Part shown: piece after piece, positions 54,829 to 64,000 of the stretch
Layout of the letters: every line of letters starts with the position of its first letter
Numbering within the stretch: position 1 is the first letter of the stretch
DNA from: Hormiphora californensis
Lineage: Eukaryota; Animalia; Ctenophora
DNA: 64,000 bases
Direction: 5' to 3'
NCBI GenBank assembly: GCA_020137815.1
Contig: CM035353.1
Location: 2,790,001-2,854,000 of the forward strand
Program-made: the position numbers and the translations under genes
Notes under the pieces: model-generated
What the model was told of the DNA's origin: nothing
The model's input: only the letters and a program-made list of their open reading frames with translations
Databases searched by the model: none

Positions 54829-55681
54829 ACACAATCGTGTATTGTGTGGCTAGTGACGTGAAGCGTCGTTTTATTCATTTTATTGCTCTCTATCTCCCTG
54901 ATCTCTCTCTGAGACGATAGAAAGAAAGAGACGATAGAAAGAAAGAGAGAAGCAGAGACCCAATGGCGAGTACGGCCGCTGGGGGTCGTCGGTTATAATT
55001 CTAGGTTGTTCCTAGGGCGCCCAGGTGGCTTGGTTACCCGGGTTCTTTTTTTGTAAGCTGGTCCCTTACATGCAGCAGCAAGAGTAGGCATGGCAACGGC
55101 ACCTGCCATGTGACCACCCTAGGCGCCGAGCTCATTGCCCAGGGAGCTGTAGCATCGGGATTCTCCGACGCCGCGTCGGAATGGAGAATAAGGATCGGTC
55201 ATGATTGTTTGTTAGCCGCATATCAATGCGTTCTTCTACAATAAAACACCGTCTACTCATTTTGTTCAGCCGGATAAGGAGGAAACTAAACTTCCTCATT
55301 AGTGGTAATGGTTATAATGTCACTTCTAACTATCAACACCTAGAACCCAACTGTTGAAACCAGTTGGATTCTAGGTACCGTTTTGCCTTTTAGAGAGAGA
55401 GAGTCTTGAATTTGCTTTTATCTGGTTCAGACTTGCTTTGTTTACTTTTTATTCTCATTTTGGTTAACACATTATTCACAGCCAATGTATTGTGTATAAC
55501 ATTGGGAGGCTATGTCAATTAATTGTATGATACATTGCCTCACCATAATGTACTGTTTGTAATTGTATAGAACCCCTGTTAGTATTTTTTTGTTATGTAT
55601 TATTACTTGCAATTTGTTTTATTTTGGTTCTCAATTTCCCAATTACCAAGCCTTCATATCTATAAACCCTTTTTACAGCGT

Positions 55682-57316
55682 ATGTCAGGACATTTCAGAT
55701 CGCCATACTTGCTACTTTTCCTAATATGTCTCCACAATGTCTCCTCCGAGACACCCAACATCATTCTCATCATGGCAGATGATTTAGGGTATGCGGACAT
55801 CACCCCTAACAACCCCTCCAATCCTTTTACTCCAAACATAACCCGCCTCGCTAATGTGGGGATGCGGTTCACGGACTACCACAGCGCCTCACCCGTGTGT
55901 ACTCCGAGTCGTGCTGGACTTTTGACGGGCAGGCTTGCCCAACGAACGGGGGTATTTCACAATTTTGGACCAAGATCAATTGGTGGCCTCCCAGAAAAGG
56001 AAAAGACGATTGCACATTTTCTGAAAAAGGAAGGATATGCAACTGGAATCGTGGGGAAGTGGCACCTGGGAATTACGGAAAAGTTTCACCCTCTCAGCCA
56101 TGGATTTGACACTTATTTTGGCCTCCCATTCTCAAACGATATGGGCTGTGTGACTGATGGACCAGTTTACAATGTCAAAATAAGTTCTGTTTGCGGAGAA
56201 CCTACAGCACGGACTAACTCCGTCCCTCTGTACGCAAACAGAGAAATCGTACAGCAACCTGCAAACCTTAACCAACTAACAAACAACTATGTTGCATTTT
56301 CTAAAGGCTTCATTCGTGAGCATGTGTCTGGAAAGAAACCCTTTTTTCTGTATGTACCACTAGCACAACCCCACGTGCCCTTAGCGACTGACCCGAGGTT
56401 CCAAAATGCCTCCGGGGTCGGTCACTTCGAAGACACTCTCATGGAAATTGACTATTTTGTTGGGAAGATTTTGGACACTGTCTATGATCTTGGTGTGTCC
56501 AAAGAGACCCTTGTCATATTCACTTCAGATAATGGACCGTGGGAGTATAAATGTGAGCTGTCGGGGTCTCATTTCCCCTTTGTAGGAGAGTACCAAAGAG
56601 CTACTTTTGGGGGAGGCTCAACTGGAAAGATGACGACTTGGGAGGGTGGACATCGGGTACCTTTTATCGCGTCCTGGCCGGGTAAAATAGAATCAGGGAC
56701 CGTTTCAAATGCACTCTCTAGTGCCATGGATATTCTTCCATCTATTGCTCAAATCGTTGGATTTTCCCTACCAACAGATCGTGTTTTTGACGGCGTTCCT
56801 CTCTCATTCCTCCAACCACCCTCCTCAAGGGTTTTATTCATTCCGGACACGGACCTTCAGGAGTTATGGGCAATGAGGTGGAATAGCTACAAAATATACT
56901 TCGCCACCAATTCCAAGCCTGACTGCAATGGAACAGAAACCGGTTTTGTGTTATATGATTCGCCGCTTGTGTTTGATTTATCTGTCGATCCAGCAGAATC
57001 CACTCCTCTAACCAATCTTACAGTGGATTTCTACCAAACTGTAGATAAATTTAGGAACGATATCCACAAGTCAATTGAGGGCACATTCAAATCAACTGTG
57101 GACTGGAGTGGGAATGGTAATGTTGTACCATGCTGTGACAGTCATAACAAACGGTGTGCTTGTAAATCAAGTAAAGTAGTAGACCCTCTATTCTTCATTG
57201 ACAATGAACACTCAGTTCACACTAGTTCTGATGAAGCTAGAAGTAGTGGTAATAAGTACAGCAACATTTTAAGCAATGTGATACTAATATTAGTAGCACT
57301 ATTATATAGTATATAG
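55682..57316 (+). CDS. ARSG: Arylsulfatase G-like sulfatase, intronless
   Basis: Likely start MSGHF... with signal peptide; IMADDLGY, formylglycine motif CTPSRAGLLTGR, GKWHLG, FTSDNGPW, GKMTTWEGGHRVP; hydrophobic C-terminus. Confidence 0.85.
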   Translation: MSGHFRSPYLLLFLICLHNVSSETPNIILIMADDLGYADITPNNPSNPFTPNITRLANVGMRFTDYHSASPVCTPSRAGLLTGRLAQRTGVFHNFGPRSIGGLPEKEKTIAHFLKKEGYATGIVGKWHLGITEKFHPLSHGFDTYFGLPFSNDMGCVTDGPVYNVKISSVCGEPTARTNSVPLYANREIVQQPANLNQLTNNYVAFSKGFIREHVSGKKPFFLYVPLAQPHVPLATDPRFQNASGVGHFEDTLMEIDYFVGKILDTVYDLGVSKETLVIFTSDNGPWEYKCELSGSHFPFVGEYQRATFGGGSTGKMTTWEGGHRVPFIASWPGKIESGTVSNALSSAMDILPSIAQIVGFSLPTDRVFDGVPLSFLQPPSSRVLFIPDTDLQELWAMRWNSYKIYFATNSKPDCNGTETGFVLYDSPLVFDLSVDPAESTPLTNLTVDFYQTVDKFRNDIHKSIEGTFKSTVDWSGNGNVVPCCDSHNKRCACKSSKVVDPLFFIDNEHSVHTSSDEARSSGNKYSNILSNVILILVALLYSI

Positions 57317-58017
57317 TGCTACTTATGGAGGGAATACTGTACGTCTGACTAATACGGTATATCTGACCAGTGACCATTACGGTTTCTTGGAGTATTAAAC
57401 ATAGGGCGCGAGCTGTCTGGCGCCGCCGACCCCATCTGAGGGCACTGAGAATCAAATTGGGGTATGGCGCCGCCATTCAGGGCGCGACAGTTTCACAGCA
57501 TATGAATGCGTACGTGAATAGCACTTTGCAGGACTAGACACACTTGTTGTCAATCTGGCACTCTGATTGGTCACGCTTACGCGTCGTCTTACCGTGTTGA
57601 ACCGATACCGTATTCAGTCTCACTACAAATACAAGCACCCATGTTATGGAATTTTGATGTTATAATGTTTCCCACCCAAAATAATGCATCCCAATAAAAA
57701 TATTTTGTGATTTTATTGCTTGAAAAAAGTTTTTATCTCCCGAATCTGGCAAATATCCCAACGACGTCTAGATTTCGTCCAGGTGGTACCCGTCTACTTC
57801 TAGACGGGTTTTGCGTCTAAAAGTAAAAGGCGGAGTCAGACGGGATTGATACGTGCCGTTTAGGGTAGGCGGACGCCGGACTCTAGTACTAACGGACTCT
57901 TTATCTAAATCCAAGGCGGACTCTATATCTAAAAGCGAACTTTTTTATTATCTAAATACAGTTATTATCTAAATACAGTTATACTTTGAAAAAGTGTAGA
58001 TAAAGAGTCCGCCCACT

Positions 58018-58958
58018 TAGTAGGGTCGGTTGTGGGAAGTTGGGTCTGAAATTTTAAATTTGACTTGCTGATATGGTTAGGGACTCTATAAAAAGTCCAA
58101 AGTACCATCCCACAGGTCTCTACCACCCCCGGTTCACTAATTAGCCGTAATTATGTGATTTAAGGCGTTATCGCCAATTAGCACCAATAATACCAGTTCC
58201 TGGTCACTTAGAGCTTAGATTTTGATACCAGCTGATAGAGGATCACTAGATTAGTGGGCATTCAAAATTTTAGGTTGATCGGAGTTATGGTCGAGGAGTT
58301 ATAACCGTTTTTCCGTTTGGCTGGCGGTTGGCTGGCACCACGTGGGATTACGGGTTTAGGTCGTCGTGGGAGGTCGTCATTGGTCGCGTTCGATCGGGCT
58401 CGATGAGGTGATCAAAACCTAGTGGGGCCAGACCTTGGCCCCACCCCGTTCTTGGGTTATTAGGCTTTTTCGGTTTTTGCGGGAAAATATTTTGGCGGGA
58501 AACCGAAAAAGCCCAATAACCCAAGAACGGGGTGGGGCCAAGGTCTGGCCCCACTAGATTTTGATCACCTCATCGAGCCCGATCGAACGCGACCAATGAC
58601 GACCTCGCACGACGACCTAAACCCGTAATCCCCCGTGGTGCCAGCCAACCGCCAGCCAAACGGAAAAACGGTTATAACTCCTCGACCATAACTCCGATCG
58701 ACCTAAAATTTTGAATGCCCACTAATCTAGTGATCCTCTATCAGCTGGTATCAAAATCTAAGCTCTAAGTGACCAGGAACTGGTATTATTGGTGCTAATT
58801 GGCGATAACGCCTTAAATCACATAATTATGAATAATTAGTGAACCGGGGGTGGTAGAGACCTGTGGGATGGTACTTTGGACTTTTTATAGAGTCCCTAAC
58901 CATATCAGCAAGTCAAATTTAAAATTCCAGACCCAACTTCCCACAACCGACCCTACTA
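58018..58958. mobile_element. 941-bp near-perfect foldback transposon with a 4-bp TSD (CACT) and TAGTAGGG termini
   Basis: Arms of ~460 bp; CACT at 58014-58017 and 58959-58962; interrupts a GAGTCCGCC repeat. Confidence 0.8.
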
Positions 58959-59439
58959 CACTGTAGACTTTTTAGACATAGAGTCCGCCCTGTGTAGACT
59001 TTTTAGACATAGAGTCCCCTGGCCTGGTACATTTTGGTGCCAACTCTATTCCTGAACCAACTGAAAACCTAACAACGTAACCCCCACCCTAACCTCGAAC
59101 CCAAATAATGGCCCTAACACAGAATTGGTGACATTGACACCTATAGTGCGTGCGAGATCTTGGTTACGCACGGTGTCTATGTCACCAAAACACAGAACAC
59201 TTCTAAATTAGTAAAGAGTTAGACGGAGTTGGACGAAATCAAACGGTGTTGGAAATGGACGGAATAAATCAGACGGAACCTCTGAAATGAGACGGAAACC
59301 AAACCCGTCTCAAGCACGTCTGTCGTCTAAACGTCACCAATAGAAATTCCGTCTGAAAGTAACCCGCTTCAATTTCAATCCCGTCTGGAGCAAAACCCGT
59401 CTAGACGACTATGATATATTTGTTATTATTCGGTGTGCG

Positions 59440-60010
59440 GACTCTAGTGCTACACTCTAAGTCTACAGTGGACTCTATATCTAAATTTAGATTTCGATAA
59501 AGAGTCCAAATAATTCTAAACTCTAGGAGGACTCTTTATCTAAAAAGTCTACACAGGGTGGACTCTTTATCTAAAAAGTCTAAACAAAGTGGACTCTATA
59601 TCTACATAAATCTAAATTAGATATAGAGTCCGCCTTTCGCCGCGAACTCGAGATTTCGGCCGATAGGCCGGAAACGAGAGTTTGCTCTACCCCTATACTA
59701 ATTTAGAAGTGTTAGGGCCGTTATTTGGGTTCGAGGTTAGGGTTAGGGTTAGTGTTAGGTTTTAGGTTGGGTTAGGATTTTAGACATAGAGTCCGGGTTG
59801 GAGGATTTGGCGCCAAAATGTACTAGAGGACTCTATATCTAAAAATTCTACACAGGGCGGACTCTTTATCTAAAAAGTCTACACAGGGAGGACTCTTTAT
59901 CTAAACTTTTTTCAAAGTCTAACTGTAGATAAAGAGTCCGTTTTTAGATATAGAGTCCGCCTTGGATTTAGATAAAGAGTCCATTAGATTTAGCACTAGA
60001 GTCCGCCCAC
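59440..60010. repeat. GGACTCTTTATCTAAA/TAGATAAAGAGTCC repeat cluster with TTAGGG telomere-like units (related to 2560-2920 and 57880-58010)
   Basis: Multiple direct and inverted units; GGTTAGGGTTAGGGTTAG at ~59735; 59640-59690 is the reverse complement of ~2640-2687. Confidence 0.7.
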
Positions 60011-61526
60011 CTTATTATAATAATAATAATAATATTCATAGTATGAACATTAACAAATGAACATCTGTATGGCGGCGCCATACCCCATTTGATTCTCAAA
60101 CGACAGTGCGCTCAGATGGGTCGCGGCGCCTTGCCCGCGAAGCGGGCAAGCCCCGTAGGGGCCTATGTGAGGGGATCGCCCTACGGGCGCGCGAACATGG
60201 GGGGCGCGACGTGCCCAACGCGGCGCCAGACAGATGAACATTTGGCGGAACTGAGCTGCGTATAAACTAAAGTGGAGTGAGACAAGTGAGAGAAAACAAT
60301 AAGGAATGTCGTGGTACATATTGTTTTATTCCCTTCCTTAGTTCCATTTCCAAACCATCCGAACCGGGTCGAGGTCTGTCTGGCGCCGCGACCCCATCTG
60401 AGCGCACTGTCAGTGTCAAATTGGGGTATGGCGCCGCCATCCAGGTCGGGGTTCACAGTTGTGGCATGAGTGGTGTACAAAAGTGTTTAGACACTCTAGA
60501 CGGGTGTACACTCTAGACGGGTTTTGCTCCAGACGTCTGCTACATACGTTGTTTAGTCTTAGACGGGTTCCGGCCCATATCAGGGCTTGAGACGGAGTTA
60601 GACGGGCTTGAGACGGAATTTCTATTGATGACGTTCAGACGTGCTTGAGACGGGTTTGGTTTTCGTCTTATTTCAGAGGTTCCGTCTGATTTCGTCCAAC
60701 ACTGTCTAAAAGGGTAGAGACTAAACGGCACGTCTCAATCCCGTTTCACCTGTCAGAGCATTGGCCTGACCCATTCTCGTTTCTCTCAAACGCGCGAGAA
60801 CTGTGGTCAGAGCATTGGCCTGACAGCGTCTCACTCTGTCTAGGTACGCCGTCGACTAGACGCAAAACCCGTCTAGACAGGTACCGTCTAGACGTCGTTG
60901 AGATACTTCTTGGCAAATGATTTGCGGAAAACAGACGTATACGGTAGAACCTCTATTGATTTGACCGGGACCTCGATTTACCGACAGATAAATTTACCGC
61001 AAATTGATGATATTTCACCCAGAAAGAATATTCCCCTTGATCCCCATTTCCCAAAGGATTCCGGTAAATCGAGGCGTGATACAAAGGAACGAATACATCA
61101 TTTTCTAGTGATAAGAAACAGAATTGGAATAACTTAATTGAGCAGAAAATGTTTTAACATTGATATAGAAACACACTCTTTGGACTCAAAAAAGGCACGT
61201 TACTGTAGCTGCAATTAGTTTGTCCTTTTACTAGTCTGTCATGTCTGCAGCGCCGCAGACCCCATCTGAGTGGACAGTCGGGGCCTCGCTCCCATCGCCA
61301 GACAGAGTCTGTCGGGGTCACGACTCACCACTGATCTCTCCAATTCACTCAAGTAAACAACCAATCAAAACTCGTTATTTAGGTCACGTGACTGGTTTCA
61401 GCCAATCAGGGACCAGTATTTCCTGATCACCGCTCTCTTCAATTCACTCAAATACATGTGAAAGACGCCACTCTCTCGAATTGGTTTTAACTTTTATAAA
61501 TAAAATGCAAAATGTAGTCACTTTAA

Positions 61527-62914
61527 GGGTACGCTAACCAAAATTTTTTTTCGAGTGCAGGGAAATCTCTCACCGTAGGGTTGTAGGCCATGCCAAGGAG
61601 ACCTCAAATATGCAATTTGAGCTCTCAAGTCGAATTCATATTTTTGCTACAGCTATTTAAAAAATGTCCTGTAAATACGTTTTTGGCATCTCAAAATTTT
61701 TTTTAAAAGATAGGAGCATGAAAATTTGGGGATTTGAAGAGGACATGAAGGGGAATAACCACAAAATTTTTTTTTGTAATCCGAGCTGATTTCCGGTCCT
61801 GAGATGGATTTCTTTTTTTCCACTTTAACGCCCTATTTGGCAAAGTTCCGAAAACATGTGAAAGCTGTAAATTGGTGAAAAGTTGCGTCTAACGATTATC
61901 TAAGTGGCCATAAATTTTGGGCGTGTCCTTATTTGAAATAAGATGTACAGAGTTTTTTTTGTGAAAGCCGTCATTTCAGAAATAGATAAATTCCATGTAT
62001 CTCAAAAACGGCTGATCGTAGAGACCTGAGACTATGCTTAAACGATTCAGAAGGTCCGATTTTGGGGGGGTCTTCTGAGAGACATTTTGCTCCTACTTCA
62101 ACCGTTTTTGCTGTAATTGCGAAAAACAAATTCTATGGAAAGGGCAAAAGCTAAACTCCAATATCCTGTAATTAGGGAATTTTGGCTAAGAAAGGACCGA
62201 AACTATGGAAAAATGTGTAACAAGCTAATTCCTTCACTATTTGGTCCATATGGGTCCCTATAATCACCAAAAACAAAATCACAAAAAATCCACGATGGCG
62301 AAGATGGGTTTTTGTTTTTCGCAATTACAGCAAAAACGGTTGAAGTAGGAGCAAAATGTCTCTCAGAAGACCCCCCCAAAATCGGACCTTCTGAATCGTT
62401 TAAGCATAGTCTCAGGTCTCTACGATCAGCCGTTTTTGAGATACAGGGAATTTATTTATTTCTGAAATGACGGCTTTCACAAAAAAAACTCTGTACATCT
62501 TATTTCAAATAAGGACACGCCCAAAATTTATGGCCACTTAGATAATCGTTAGACGCAACTTTTCACCAATTTACAGCTTTCACATGTTTTCGGAACTTTG
62601 CCAAATAGGGCGTTAAAGTGGAAAAAAAGAAATCCATCTCAGGACCGGAAATCAGCTCGGATTGCAAAATTTTTTTTTTGTGGTTATTCACCTTCATGTC
62701 TTCTTCAAATCCCCAAATTTTCATGCTCCTATCTTTTAAAAAAAATTTTTGAGATGCCAAACGTATTTACAGGACATTTTTTAAATAGCTGTAGCAAAAA
62801 TATGAATTCGACTTAAGAGCTAAAATTGCATATTTGAGGTCTCCTTGGTATGGCCTACAACCCTACGGTGAGAGATTTCCCTGCACTCGAAAAAAAATTT
62901 TGGTTAGCGTACCC
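61527..62914. mobile_element. 1388-bp TTAA-flanked foldback element with ~604-bp TIRs (Kolobok-like GGG termini)
   Basis: TTAA|GGGTACGCTAACC...GGTTAGCGTACCC|TTAA; arms 61527-62130 and 62311-62914. Confidence 0.85.
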
Positions 62915-63352
62915 TTAATTTTCCCAAAGCTACGACAAAAATCAGACAGAGATAGACTACTAATAGATTGTTGAGTAACTGAACTATACCGTGTCTAGGT
63001 ACAGTCGGACCCCTATTTACCGGAACCCCGATTTACCGGGAGGATAAAGTTCCCCCGTTATAAGAAATTAACAGTATTTCACCCCAATATACCGGGCACC
63101 CCGATTTACCGGGCAAAACCCTTTCCCCCGAGCATCCCGGTAAATCGGAGTCCGACTGTACCACCCATGGTCCACAGAAACCATCATGTTCTCATAGTGA
63201 CACAGCTGACAGATTAACAGACATGGCTATAACATTTTTCGACAATGAAAAAAAAAACATACGGCACTTTAAAAAAACAAAACAATAATAACACTGTCTC
63301 TTAGTAGCGGATCATGAGACCAGGTATGGTTTATCTCTCCAGATCTGTCTGA

Positions 63353-63895
63353 TCACGTGCCGAATAGGCGGAGAAAGTGAGATATCTCGTCCCGGAACTC
63401 ACTAACCTCACACCTAAAGAATGAAATGTTGGTTAAAATATAATCAATAAACCCGGGTTTAGGGGGGAGACACACTGAAGTTGGGCGCGCTCGTTGAGAT
63501 CTCAACCGTGTATCAAAGTGTATATTTAGCCTCTTCGACAGTGTATGAGGTCCAAATGAGGTCCGGAGGTTTTCTGAATAAGCTTTCTGAATCCTTTCGA
63601 TATCGAACTCGAAAGGATAAATGAAAGGCTTGGGCGTTATGCGAAAATCACAATATCGCTCCAAAAATTCTCTTTGATAGGAACCACATTTTTAAACTTT
63701 TTCTTGCTAGCTGCTATATCTATATGACTTATAGAAATTTGATGCACTCGAGTAACTTACACTCTGTTGGAGGATCCGTCGTGTACCATTTTAGATCTTG
63801 AAATCTCTGCATTTAGCTCAGCGATTTGTTTTTTGAGGGTTGCAACACCGTTGTTTACAGAGTTCAGTAATCGGGACAAGGTCGCACTGAGATCC
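63353..63895 (-). CDS. Last two exons of an unidentified coiled-coil protein gene entering from the right
   Basis: Exons 63895-63761 (DLSATLSRLLNSVNNGVATLKKQIAELNAEISRSK...) and 63413-63353 (CEVSEFRDEISHFLRLFGT*), GT-AG and phase-compatible. Confidence 0.6.
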
Positions 63896-64000
63896 CTGGA
63901 GAATGAATTGTTGGTAATAATGAATTGTTATTGGAATCCAAGGAAAAACAAAAAAAGGTAAAAAGGGGTGAAACTTGGATCAGCTGAAATGTTTTCGAGA

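Noticed and set aside
55595-55681. Upstream ATG extending the sulfatase ORF
   Set aside because: The AT-rich leader ends in TTTTTACAG, an acceptor-like site, and the second ATG gives a normal signal peptide

Overview
Eukaryotic (animal) genomic DNA. The repeat families and gene types resemble what I recall from ctenophore (Pleurobrachia-like) genomes; this is an inference and not verified. The main structure is absent from the ORF track. A multi-exon inositol polyphosphate 4-phosphatase gene (INPP4, minus strand, ATG 44213 to stop 3236, catalytic CKSGKDRT) spans about 41 kb, and its three giant introns hold six other protein-coding genes: a secreted beta/gamma-crystallin, an LDLa-repeat GPCR lacking LRRs, a Shaker-type Kv subunit with a non-canonical gate, a secreted His/Arg-rich repeat polyprotein of about 936 aa, a rhodopsin-like GPCR, and an Ig-follistatin/Kazal-VWD protein. 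An R4/Dong-type retrotransposon lies in the middle intron. Outside INPP4 are the 3' end of NECAP, a two-domain Ly6/three-finger protein, an arylsulfatase-G-like gene with a GPI-like tail, and the 3' end of a coiled-coil gene. Non-coding DNA is dense with MITEs and long palindromes. About 19.6-27.2 kb and 28.6-31.1 kb are low-quality, homopolymer-inflated sequence.
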